A DNA stretch of 64,000 nt, taken from the NCBI GenBank assembly GCA_963662275.1, contig OY759316.1, positions 2,595,820 through 2,659,819 of the forward strand, written 5' to 3'. Positions 30,084-39,820 of the stretch are shown one piece after another. Origin of the DNA: Candidatus Cloacimonadales bacterium (lineage in GTDB: Bacteria > Cloacimonadota > Cloacimonadia > Cloacimonadales > DAONDQ01). The notes under the pieces were generated by a model. The model had not been told where the DNA came from. It worked only from the letters and a program-made list of their open reading frames with translations, and ran no database searches. Position 1 is the first letter of the stretch; each line of letters starts with the position of its first letter. The position numbers and the translations under genes were made by a program.

Positions 30084-31475
30084 TTATAAATTCTCGATCA
30101 ATTTCAGTGGTTTTGAAGCCGTTGCCTGGTTAATCCCATCCACAGAGATTATTCCCAAAACCGGCTTTCCGATCGGTTGTCCATTTTCTTCCTTAAAGAA
30201 TTCTACTGGTATAAAAGCAGAGATGCATGCCTCTTCTGTATCAGCCTGGTCAAGAATATGCATCATATAGGGAGATGAATATAGCCAGCATAATCCAATT
30301 GCAGCAATTCCAGAAGGTTCGTTCACACTCTTGCGCTTTGAATCAATTAACAGTCTTTTCTCCAGTGGCGCGTTGGGAGAATTGATACTGGAAGTAACAG
30401 TACCCATGCGTTTGCCATGAATATATACACTTCTACCTACTACAATACCTTCAGAAATCACGATTGCCATCTGTTTTTCTAACCCTTTGGCTATTTCATT
30501 ATCCAAGACTTTCTTCCCTACAAAATCTGCTTTATTCATATCAATTGCAGCATCAAATAAGGGTGCTCCCGTGGGAGTATGATAATTATCATATTCCTGT
30601 CCCATTAAGGGAAGCCCGAAATCTCCAGCGGATAAACGGTTTTCATCCCGACCACCCAAACCAACAAGCAAACCGTCAAATTCAAGTGCCTTCAGGACGA
30701 TCTTCTTGAAGTGCTCTTCAATGAGTTCAACCGGAATATAGAGTTCCCAACCCCATCGATTGGTATAACCGGTACGGCTGATGAAGAATTTCTTTCCCTG
30801 TAATTCGAATTCATTGAAAGTAAAGAAATTCATATTCTTTTCAGGATTTGATCGATTTCGAAGTACTTCGCTGCCATAAATGGATTTAATTAATTTATAG
30901 GATAGAGGTCCCTGGATATCGATTTTCACGAATCTATCTGAAATATCCTGGACATGAACATCTTCACCTGGTTTCAAAAAGGATAATATATGATCAGCAT
31001 CAGAAAGAAACTGCTTTTCTTCTCCATGATCATCAAGACCTTTCCCTGTTAAATCATGTCCCGCATTGATTACTAAAATGAACCTGTCTTCCTTAACGCA
31101 CATAACGATTAGATCATCTCGAACAGTCCCGTTCTCATTTAGCAGCAAAGAATATTTACAATGTCCTATTTTCATTTCATCGATACGAGCAGGAAGCACG
31201 CGATTTAACAATGAACAGGCATCTTTACCTGTAAATTCAACCTGTGCCATGTGATCAATGTTGTAAATAGCGACTTTGTTGATTGCCACTGATTCTTCAA
31301 GTACCGATGTTAGATAGTTCACTGCCATGTCATATTGACCAAAATTGCTTCTCTTTACCGGCTCAACGGCTCTGTCAAATTTCTTGGAAAGCAATTCCTG
31401 GTACCATTTTTCTTCCAGATCATACAGGACAGTCTTTCGTGGTGAATTTGGTATATCAAATCCAATTTTTCCCAT
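30084..31475 (-). CDS. Aminomethyltransferase (GcvT/glycine-cleavage T) family folate-binding protein
   Basis: SRTGYTNRWGWELYIPVE matches the GcvT RTGYTGEDGFEI motif region. 463 aa, longer than canonical GcvT; no gcvH/gcvP nearby. Confidence 0.6.
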   Translation of the reverse strand: MGKIGFDIPNSPRKTVLYDLEEKWYQELLSKKFDRAVEPVKRSNFGQYDMAVNYLTSVLEESVAINKVAIYNIDHMAQVEFTGKDACSLLNRVLPARIDEMKIGHCKYSLLLNENGTVRDDLIVMCVKEDRFILVINAGHDLTGKGLDDHGEEKQFLSDADHILSFLKPGEDVHVQDISDRFVKIDIQGPLSYKLIKSIYGSEVLRNRSNPEKNMNFFTFNEFELQGKKFFISRTGYTNRWGWELYIPVELIEEHFKKIVLKALEFDGLLVGLGGRDENRLSAGDFGLPLMGQEYDNYHTPTGAPLFDAAIDMNKADFVGKKVLDNEIAKGLEKQMAIVISEGIVVGRSVYIHGKRMGTVTSSINSPNAPLEKRLLIDSKRKSVNEPSGIAAIGLCWLYSSPYMMHILDQADTEEACISAFIPVEFFKEENGQPIGKPVLGIISVDGINQATASKPLKLIENL

Positions 31476-31582
31476 GTCATCTCCTATGAATTTATATTGT
31501 AAGTATTAAAATCCGAAAAAACGCTCTTTCTTTTTCTTAATTGATTAACCTATTATTAGTGAGTTATCATATACTGATCAGG

Positions 31583-32458
31583 TTATTGACCCAAGTTGAG
31601 AATGACATTCGGAAGATTTGAATTTTTAGTAGCACCACCAACCATGATTGTTGTTGGAACTTTTCCCCCGGTTTTCTCCCATGCAGCAATTAATGATCTT
31701 TGTACCTGATAGTTTTCCCATTCTAAAAGCTCTTTTGTAATAGAGAGTTGTTTCAATCTATTAGATTCGGCAATACCCCTTGCTTCAGCAACTAACTTTG
31801 CCGCTTGTGCCGTGCTTGTTCTAACTTGGTTTTCAGCAGCTAATGCTTCTTGTGTGGCAGTCTGCTTTGCTTCAATTGCACTTTGGAATTCTGGATTATA
31901 GGCAAAATTCACAATATTGAAATCGTCCAGAATTACATCCGCTGTTAACAATCTTTTAGCTAAGGAATCTCGAATATCAGTTTTTACCATTTCGCGGTAA
32001 TTTACCAGGTCTGGAGCATTATATCTTGCTGTTGCTGCCTTGACTGCTTCTTGAATCTTAGGGTCAATAATTGTTTTTTCAATATCACCTTTGATAGTTT
32101 GATATACGATATTGGCTCGTTTTGGGTCAATATGGTAGTTCAGCGCAACGGTTGCAGAAATGACCTGTAAGTCTTTTGATGCAGCGCTGCAGTTAAGTTC
32201 TACTTTGGTTGTTTGAACGTTAATGGGAACTACTTTCTGTATGAAGGGAATGATGGCGTGTAATCCTTCCCCAAGAGCAGTATCTCCTACTTTTCCCAAA
32301 CTTACGAGAACTCCCCTTGTTCCTGGCTTTACGATCGTGAAAGAATGAAAAACAATACTGATACCAACAATGACTAATAAAATACGGATAGCTAAATGAA
32401 CGATTTGCTTTGTAATCATGTTTTTCTCCTTATCTTTATTGGGGTTTTGTGATATCAA
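31583..32458 (-). CDS. SPFH/band-7 (prohibitin/HflC-like) membrane protein
   Basis: N-terminal TM helix followed by a band-7 core and a C-terminal coiled-coil (AIEAKQTATQEALAAENQVRT...). Confidence 0.7.
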   Translation of the reverse strand: MISQNPNKDKEKNMITKQIVHLAIRILLVIVGISIVFHSFTIVKPGTRGVLVSLGKVGDTALGEGLHAIIPFIQKVVPINVQTTKVELNCSAASKDLQVISATVALNYHIDPKRANIVYQTIKGDIEKTIIDPKIQEAVKAATARYNAPDLVNYREMVKTDIRDSLAKRLLTADVILDDFNIVNFAYNPEFQSAIEAKQTATQEALAAENQVRTSTAQAAKLVAEARGIAESNRLKQLSITKELLEWENYQVQRSLIAAWEKTGGKVPTTIMVGGATKNSNLPNVILNLGQ

Positions 32459-32819
32459 ATCCCATGATCCATTATAAACATAATGATAATATGCATATTA
32501 CTTTACTCCGATTTGTAAGGACATATTCAATATCTAAGATGAATTTACTATTGTCAATTAATTGTTTGTAAGTTGCATTTTTTTTTGTAACACCTTCTTC
32601 AGGGGGTTGTGAAGTGAATGAATAAAAGTATTATTTCGAACAAGTATCACGTATATAATTTAGCATACTTACAGCATACATTCTCTACCCGTAAAGCATC
32701 CATAAAGCATCCTTTAAAAGAATATGATTCTTTCATTAATTTTCAGATGAATTTACTACATATCTTTTACTTTTCTGTTCTTTATTTGTAGCTTTCAGCT
32801 TTTGATTAAGCAAATCAAT

Positions 32820-33740
32820 TCAATTTTTAAAATGTGGAGCAGCCACAGTAAATCTACTTAACATATCTAAAGTCATTTGATAAATAGTATTCTGATCATC
32901 GTTTTTGATTAAAAACACGTTATTCTCTTTGTCGATGGCAAATGTAAGCTTCACGGTCTTTCCTGATTTATCAGTTATTGTCACTAGCGCTGCTGGTTTT
33001 CGGAAATATTCCTCATAATCATTCCAGCGATTATCAATAAATTGATAGGTTCGCAATGAAGTTAGGGCATTAAAGAGCTTACCGGTATATGTGTTTCTTG
33101 GATTAAGCTGAAATTTATTACTCGCATCTTGATAGTACCAGGTTTGATTCTCCAGTATGAACCTGTATGAATTGCTTACGTATTTGACATCTATCTTTGC
33201 TAGATTTTGTAATATTACAGGAACGATAATAGGTGATCTCCACATGAAAATGGAAGGATTGATTGCTTCAGAGATATTGTCTTTCAATTGATATATTGAT
33301 TTTGATCCGGGACGACGAGCATAACAGAAGCTAGAATTAAGGCTTTTTCCAACATAGACTCGATCCAGGAGATGCGACTTATTATCGTAAATAGAAACAA
33401 TCACAGCTTCATCGGGTGTAACCTTGTATCTATCCTGGTTTTTCGTATCTTCTGACATCGGTGTTTTAGTTACTTGAACTTTTAACGCTTTCGAAAAGAA
33501 GAGCTTAATCTGATCTGAACTTACTTCCCATTTGATTGGATTGGATAATATCCATCTACCATTAATTTTCTGGATGGTCACCTTTTCATTCTTGGATTGG
33601 AATTCAAGCTTGGCAATGCGAGTAGAATCAATATCAAAAAAAGATATTTCCTTTTCTGTTCTCTGCTCATGTTTCATATAATAGAAGATAGCAAACAAGA
33701 TACCTAAAATGATCAGTAATTGAATGGTTTTCTTAAACAT
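32820..33740 (-). CDS. DUF4340-like accessory protein of the GldG-type ABC operon
   Basis: Occupies the position after GldG-like genes in the conserved ABC-ATPase/ABC-2/GldG/DUF4340 arrangement; N-terminal TM. Start placed at MFKK (33740), 2 nt after the upstream stop. Confidence 0.45.
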   Translation of the reverse strand: MFKKTIQLLIILGILFAIFYYMKHEQRTEKEISFFDIDSTRIAKLEFQSKNEKVTIQKINGRWILSNPIKWEVSSDQIKLFFSKALKVQVTKTPMSEDTKNQDRYKVTPDEAVIVSIYDNKSHLLDRVYVGKSLNSSFCYARRPGSKSIYQLKDNISEAINPSIFMWRSPIIVPVILQNLAKIDVKYVSNSYRFILENQTWYYQDASNKFQLNPRNTYTGKLFNALTSLRTYQFIDNRWNDYEEYFRKPAALVTITDKSGKTVKLTFAIDKENNVFLIKNDDQNTIYQMTLDMLSRFTVAAPHFKN

Positions 33741-35343
33741 AGCGTTCTTTAATCTCCGTTCTGCGTTTTTTTTCATAACGATTACGAATGATACCATAAA
33801 AAACCAGGAGTAATGATGGTAATAGAATATTGAGCCATTTCGCTAAGATTCGAATATTAGGTTCTATCCTGGCAATTTCCACAGAATCTTGAATTCCCAT
33901 TCTCCTGGAAATCCAGGCAGCAATACTGAGTTCACTGGGTATGAAATTACGGGAACGAATTTCTATCATAGATGTATCTTTTGCCAGAAAATCAATAGAA
34001 TTCAGAATGAAATTAATGTTATTTGGAATTTGTCCGCCTGCAGTTTCAACGATAAAATCGTTATCAGCAACCAGGATGATCTTACTCTTATTCGTCTGTG
34101 GCAAAAAACCATCAGCTTGTTTTGAATCTACATTTTGAAAATTACTCTGAAAAGTACCTTCGTATAATGAAGCTAAAACCATGGGAGAACCAGACAACAT
34201 ACCGATTGCCTTCTTATTCATAAAACGCTGGATATTGATATCATAGTTCGGACCAACGACTTGTCCTGAATTATGGGATGACATCAATAAAGGAGTCATT
34301 TTAATCCCTTCTTTGCGGAACGAAGTATTTACCGGTGAAGCAAAGAAAAATGCTATCGTATTCAGATCCTTGGAGATGATATTCTGTTTATTCACATTAT
34401 TGATAATCGGAATCAATGGATAATTCATGGGAATATCGACCGTACTCATCCCCTCCCTTGTTCTCAACTGGACGGTTCCGGAATTGGCATCTGTAACAAG
34501 TACCGGCATAATATCGATTCCCCAATTTCTCATCATTCTAAATATGTTAGAGCGGATAGGTTGAACAATCTGATACTCGATATTCACAAATATCCTATCC
34601 TGGAAGAAAAGGATACTCCCCCCATGCATGAGGTATTGATCTATATTGAATTGCTGGAGAACTGATATGGAATCCAAAACCCCGGTAAAGACCAGGACAT
34701 CTGCATTGAATGATTTCTTCAAATCAGTATTAAACACATCATAGTTCTGACTGAGTATCCTGTCTAAAGTTTTATATGTTTCCTCAGTTGAAAGAGAATC
34801 CTGGAATAGAGCCACACTTGTTAGTTTTGTTTTTAACAGTCTTCTGATGAGACTCGTGATATTGTTTTCCAGACCTTCCTTTTCCTGAAGTAATGGAATA
34901 ATCTCAAAATTCCCCTGGTATTCAAAAGACAAACCCATATATACTTCTCTGATTTCCATCTTATCGTTTTCAAGCACCTGTATTCTTGCCGGATATATTC
35001 TTTCCTTAGAAGCTTCTGTTTTCAATCTTTCCGCATCACTCGGATCAATGAATTCGAATTTCAATTTCCCTTTGGAATAAGCTTGATAATCACTCAGAAT
35101 ATCTTTTACATAGCGGGCATTATCAGCATATTTATTGGGTAAATTCTTTGAAAAGTATGCTTTAACAACTAAATTGTCCTTTAAGGAATCAACCGCTTTT
35201 TTACTGCTATTCGAAAGTGTAAATACATGTCCCTTTGAGAAATCAAAACGATGAAATAGAGATAGTGAAATTAGGTTTAGTAAGACCAGGATTCCAATCA
35301 TAATTCCAAAATTAAGGAAGAGTGCTTTATTTGTTTTTTTCAT
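33733..35343 (-). CDS. GldG-like ABC-transporter auxiliary protein (ABC-type uncharacterised transport system)
   Basis: 536 aa with N- and C-terminal TM helices, directly downstream of an ABC-2 permease. Confidence 0.6.
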   Translation of the reverse strand: MKKTNKALFLNFGIMIGILVLLNLISLSLFHRFDFSKGHVFTLSNSSKKAVDSLKDNLVVKAYFSKNLPNKYADNARYVKDILSDYQAYSKGKLKFEFIDPSDAERLKTEASKERIYPARIQVLENDKMEIREVYMGLSFEYQGNFEIIPLLQEKEGLENNITSLIRRLLKTKLTSVALFQDSLSTEETYKTLDRILSQNYDVFNTDLKKSFNADVLVFTGVLDSISVLQQFNIDQYLMHGGSILFFQDRIFVNIEYQIVQPIRSNIFRMMRNWGIDIMPVLVTDANSGTVQLRTREGMSTVDIPMNYPLIPIINNVNKQNIISKDLNTIAFFFASPVNTSFRKEGIKMTPLLMSSHNSGQVVGPNYDINIQRFMNKKAIGMLSGSPMVLASLYEGTFQSNFQNVDSKQADGFLPQTNKSKIILVADNDFIVETAGGQIPNNINFILNSIDFLAKDTSMIEIRSRNFIPSELSIAAWISRRMGIQDSVEIARIEPNIRILAKWLNILLPSLLLVFYGIIRNRYEKKRRTEIKERYV

Positions 35344-35351
35344 TACTCCCC

Positions 35352-36071
35352 CTACTTCCCTTTTCGAGAGACAAGCATAAGTGTAGCAAATCTTAGAAAA
35401 AGGATAATCAAAGTGAGGAAATAGACCAGATCACGGGTATCAACAATTCCTCTGGAAAAATTATCAATATGATAACCAAAACTCAAATATTGAATTATCC
35501 CTGCAATTGATCCAGGCATGAGCATGAGTATATATTGCAGGACAAAGAAAAAGAATACAATAGCAAAAGAGATAATAAATGCGACAATTTGGTTACTATG
35601 AATAGAAGAACCAAATACTCCTATGGCACAATATACAGCCCCCAGCAGGAATAAACCCAAATACCCAAAACAGATAGCACCATAATCCAGGTTCTGTCCA
35701 AAAAGCATGATCGTGAATAGATGTACAAAAGTGAATATCAATCCAACTATCAAAACTGATAAAGAAGCAAGATATTTACCCATAATAATTTGGCTTTCTT
35801 TTAATGGCAAAGTAGTAAGGACTTCAAGGGTTCCGCTATTCTTTTCCCTGGCAATTAATCCCATGGTAATTGCAGGTAAAAAGAAAAGATATACCATAGG
35901 CAGAATGTTAAAAAGTCCTCTCATTTCTGCTTTGGCATTGAGGAAAATTGAAGATGTAAAGAACCAGGCATTCAACACTAAAAAAACAACAAGGACAATG
36001 TATGTTGCGGGAGAATTGAAAAAAATGCGGGTTTCTTTTTTAGCAATGATGAAAGTCTTATTCATTTTCAA
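35352..36071 (-). CDS. ABC-2 family permease (GldF-like)
   Basis: 239 aa, six predicted TM helices; overlaps the ATPase gene. Confidence 0.7.
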   Translation of the reverse strand: MKMNKTFIIAKKETRIFFNSPATYIVLVVFLVLNAWFFTSSIFLNAKAEMRGLFNILPMVYLFFLPAITMGLIAREKNSGTLEVLTTLPLKESQIIMGKYLASLSVLIVGLIFTFVHLFTIMLFGQNLDYGAICFGYLGLFLLGAVYCAIGVFGSSIHSNQIVAFIISFAIVFFFFVLQYILMLMPGSIAGIIQYLSFGYHIDNFSRGIVDTRDLVYFLTLIILFLRFATLMLVSRKGK

Positions 36072-37014
36072 CTCCCGGTTGAATTAGTGCTGGAGTCAAA
36101 GTCAATCCATGAAAAAGATCTTCAAGTGACAGTTCTTTACGATGCATTTCCAAAATAATCCAGTCATGCTTCATCGCATATTGAAATATCTCACGTCGAG
36201 GATCAGTAGATTCCAAGTATTCAAGTACAATCGTATGTAATTGTCCATTTTCCAAGTGCTCAAGCAAATTGCATTCAATATCCTGAATGATTTGTTGGAT
36301 TTCAGGATTCATGGCTTCAAATTCAACAGTTAGTATGGTCTTTCCAAGCCTTGAAATCTGTAAATCCTGTTGTTTTCCATCCGCAATGATTTTCCCTTTA
36401 TTAATAATCAGTATTCTATCTGCAACCGCTTGAATTTCCTGTAAAATATGACTGGAGATGATAACTGTCTTTTCCTTGCCAAGATCTCGAATAAGTTCCC
36501 GAATTTCAATAATCTGGTTTGGATCCAAACCTGATGTAGGTTCATCTAATATAAGATACGCTGGGTCATGAAGAATTGCTTGCGCAATACCTACTCTTTG
36601 CTGGTAGCCTTTTGATAAGGTCTGTATAGTTTGAGATATTACTTCACGAATACCGCATTTTTCAACAACATAAGTTAAGCGCTTTTTAAATGCTTTTTCA
36701 GATAGATTTCTTATTTGAGCAATATAATGCAAATAATCAAACACGCACATATCTTCATATAGCGGATTCTGCTCCGGTAAATAACCCATCTGGGAACGAA
36801 TCTCCAGTGAGTTGCCTTCCATGGTCAGATCACGAACAAGAATCTCTCCAGAAGTCGGTTCCAAGAATCCTGTAAGCATTTTTAAAGTAGTAGATTTTCC
36901 TGCGCCATTTGGTCCTAGAAATCCTACGATTTCACCTTCATGAACTTCAAAGCTGATATGATCAACAGCTCGAATTTCTCCATAATCTTTGACGAGATTA
37001 CGTATTTGAATCAT
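36058..37014 (-). CDS. ABC transporter ATP-binding protein (GldA-like)
   Basis: Walker A GPNGAGKSTTL, signature LSKGYQQRVGIAQAI, Walker B LILDEPTSGLD. Confidence 0.9.
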   Translation of the reverse strand: MIQIRNLVKDYGEIRAVDHISFEVHEGEIVGFLGPNGAGKSTTLKMLTGFLEPTSGEILVRDLTMEGNSLEIRSQMGYLPEQNPLYEDMCVFDYLHYIAQIRNLSEKAFKKRLTYVVEKCGIREVISQTIQTLSKGYQQRVGIAQAILHDPAYLILDEPTSGLDPNQIIEIRELIRDLGKEKTVIISSHILQEIQAVADRILIINKGKIIADGKQQDLQISRLGKTILTVEFEAMNPEIQQIIQDIECNLLEHLENGQLHTIVLEYLESTDPRREIFQYAMKHDWIILEMHRKELSLEDLFHGLTLTPALIQPGVENE

Positions 37015-37142
37015 CTATTTTCTCCTGTCCTATCATTAGTTATCCATATGCAAAAGATATTCCGAAGTACATTACATAGAGCAGGATACAGATCCGGTTA
37101 GTAATAAACCGGAAAAAAGTAGGATCAATATCCTGCTTCACG

Positions 37143-37190
37143 CTTTTATACAAAAAAACCGCAACCGAATAGATTGCGGTTCAATATTTA
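37143..37190 (-). terminator. Intra-operon hairpin + U-run (terminator/attenuator) between HlyD-like and ABC ATPase genes
   Basis: ccgcaa-ccgaatagatt-ttgcgg hairpin, followed on the minus strand by TTTTTTTG. Confidence 0.5.
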
Positions 37191-37197
37191 GACTCAA

Positions 37198-38352
37198 TTA
37201 TTCCATATGCCCCTGCATTATAAATTTGGATGCATTTAAGGCACTTTTCTCTGTCAGTGAAATCGTCTGTCCTTCTTTCAAACCGTTAACAATCTCAACA
37301 TTCTCTAAATCATTAATTCCTGTTTTCACATATGTCGAGTCAGAAATAGCTCCATTTTTAACCAGATATACGATATCCTGACCTTTATCATCACTGAAAA
37401 TAGAACGAATGGGAATAATCAGAACATTCTTTAAAGTCTTTGCATTAATCGTTACATTGGCTGTCATACCTGGGCGAAGATTATGATCCGTGAGTTCCAG
37501 TTGAATCTCAATAGGGAATACTTTGGCATTATTATCGAGTATCGCCATAGCTGCTATCTTTGTGACTTTCCCGGCATAGTCCTTATACGGGAAGGCATCT
37601 ACTTTGATCACAGCAACTTGTCCTACTTTAAACTTATCAATATCAACTTCATTGATGTTGGAAGTTACAATCATCTTATCAAGATTTGCCTGTTTCATGA
37701 TAACAGTTCCTTCACCAAATCCGGAATTACTCGATGTAACCATCTCCCCTACCTGAACAAGTCTCTGAATGATAGTACCGGTAGCTGGAGCCAAAACATG
37801 GGTTGCTTTTCCTGAAGAATCAATTTCCTTAACCAATTCATATTGATCATTGGCTTGTTTATAGCTAATTTGCGCAGAATCAAGTTCATCCTTGGCAGCG
37901 ATTACATCATTTGAAGATATATACTTTTCAGCAAGAAGCTTCACTTTGTTATCATAATCTCGTTGCGCATTTTTCAATCGAATTTCACTCAGTTCCAGAT
38001 TACTTCGTACATTGGAAATTGTATTAGCCTGGTTATAGTCAGGTTCTATGTCCGCAATAATATCACCCTGTTTCACGATTTGGTTTTCATCGACATAGAA
38101 CTTAATAATCTTACCGGAGATCCTGGATTTGATTTGAACGATACTGATTGGCTGTATCTCACCTGTGACTTCAAGTACATTTGATATATCACCTTTCTTC
38201 ACAACATAGGTTTGAATCTTTGGTCCAGCACTGGATATCTTCTTTTTTGCCTTATTTTTAACAATTATGCCCAAAGTAATAAGTGAAGCAATGATTACAA
38301 CGATAATGATCCAAATCATTTTCTTCCTGAATTTCATGTGATACCTCTCCAT
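37198..38352 (-). CDS. HlyD/efflux membrane-fusion (periplasmic adaptor) protein
   Basis: N-terminal TM, biotin-lipoyl-like hairpin segments flanking a long coiled-coil, beta-barrel C-terminus. Confidence 0.8.
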   Translation of the reverse strand: MERYHMKFRKKMIWIIIVVIIASLITLGIIVKNKAKKKISSAGPKIQTYVVKKGDISNVLEVTGEIQPISIVQIKSRISGKIIKFYVDENQIVKQGDIIADIEPDYNQANTISNVRSNLELSEIRLKNAQRDYDNKVKLLAEKYISSNDVIAAKDELDSAQISYKQANDQYELVKEIDSSGKATHVLAPATGTIIQRLVQVGEMVTSSNSGFGEGTVIMKQANLDKMIVTSNINEVDIDKFKVGQVAVIKVDAFPYKDYAGKVTKIAAMAILDNNAKVFPIEIQLELTDHNLRPGMTANVTINAKTLKNVLIIPIRSIFSDDKGQDIVYLVKNGAISDSTYVKTGINDLENVEIVNGLKEGQTISLTEKSALNASKFIMQGHME

Positions 38353-38367
38353 CCGCGGATTTCTATT

Positions 38368-39612
38368 CTACCACTTACCCATGATCTGTTTCGATAACAA
38401 CAGATTCAATTGTTCTTTTGTTTTTAATAAAGTATAGTAATCTGCATTAGTAGATAACTTGGCGTTTAAGTCATTTACCTGTGCCTGGTCCAAATCAAGA
38501 AGACTGATCAGACCTAATCTGTATTTTTCTTCAGCAATTCTTAAATTCTCGTTAGCCTGGTCTTTTTTTCTTAACTGCAAATGATAGGAACCTGTTAAAT
38601 ACTGAAGATTGCGCTGGATAGTATAGTAATTTGATTTAACTTGAACTTTAGCATCCTTCAGGTTAATTTCTGAGAGTTTTAAAGTATTAGAGTAACGGTG
38701 GTAATCTTCCCCATGCCTGAAGATATTCCATAATGAATAACTCGCTGTTATAGAAATCGTATATTGTTTTCTTAACTGGGTTGTATTCGCAGGATCTCTT
38801 AAGTTTGATTCACTGGAAACACTAGCAGTTAGTGTCGGAAGATAATTGATTTTCTGCTGGTTCAAAGAAAGTTTATCCCTTTTTATCTGCTCATTCACAA
38901 GCCTGACTGTCAGGGGAGAAATATCCTTATCCAATGGCGTGATAACATTATTCAATGTATCGACGATTGGTAAACTCAGGATAGGTTCTGCGAATTCATA
39001 TCCCTTATCTTCGACCATGAGTTGAGTGAAGAAAGCTTGTCTTTGATTATTTAGCATATTCTGGGCATTCTGAAGGTCAATTTGCGCATTGATACGGTTA
39101 ATATCTGCCTGGTTTAAATCATAGGAAGATTTCCTTCCCTGTTCACATTGAATCTTAGTATTTAAATAAATTCTTTCCTGTAAAGCAACATTAGCCTGTT
39201 GGATTTCAATTGTCTTGATAGCAGAAAGAATATCCAGGTAGGCAGCGAAGATATCATACACTAATTGCTTTTTGGATTGTTCATAACCTAGTTTTGTGCT
39301 CTTCTCATCTAACTTGGATTGCCTATAATTAAATACTGATGGGTCATTCAATGCCAATGACTTTGATAAGGATAAATTACTTCTACTTGAAGAAGTATTT
39401 CTCTGGTATGATTGAGTATAACTCACATCAGCATCAGGAAGGGCATTATAAAGTGCAGATCTTACTGCTGCATGGGAATTATCAACCTCAATCGCTTTTG
39501 TTTTCATTACCGTGGCATTTTTTAATCCTGCTTCTATCATTTGATCGAGCGAATACTCCTGTGCCCAGAGCAAACCACCAAGCATTGTTAAAAGTATTAG
39601 ATATCTTTTCAT
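38368..39612 (-). CDS. TolC-like outer-membrane efflux protein
   Basis: Signal peptide; two repeats of a coiled-coil plus beta-strand module typical of outer membrane factor proteins. Confidence 0.75.
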   Translation of the reverse strand: MKRYLILLTMLGGLLWAQEYSLDQMIEAGLKNATVMKTKAIEVDNSHAAVRSALYNALPDADVSYTQSYQRNTSSSRSNLSLSKSLALNDPSVFNYRQSKLDEKSTKLGYEQSKKQLVYDIFAAYLDILSAIKTIEIQQANVALQERIYLNTKIQCEQGRKSSYDLNQADINRINAQIDLQNAQNMLNNQRQAFFTQLMVEDKGYEFAEPILSLPIVDTLNNVITPLDKDISPLTVRLVNEQIKRDKLSLNQQKINYLPTLTASVSSESNLRDPANTTQLRKQYTISITASYSLWNIFRHGEDYHRYSNTLKLSEINLKDAKVQVKSNYYTIQRNLQYLTGSYHLQLRKKDQANENLRIAEEKYRLGLISLLDLDQAQVNDLNAKLSTNADYYTLLKTKEQLNLLLSKQIMGKW

Positions 39613-39820
39613 TTGATCCTCATTCTTTATTCACACGTATTATTAGAACCTGTTACGCATTATATTTCTTTGACAAGGCAATTACTGTGAGCTAGATTTC
39701 AAGTCAAAGAATATTTTTGATTGCTTTTGCAAGATTTCCATTGAAGTTCTTGACAAAGAACTGGCAACAGAAGATTGAAATCGATGGATTAAATATCAGT
39801 GATGGATAATCTGTCATATT

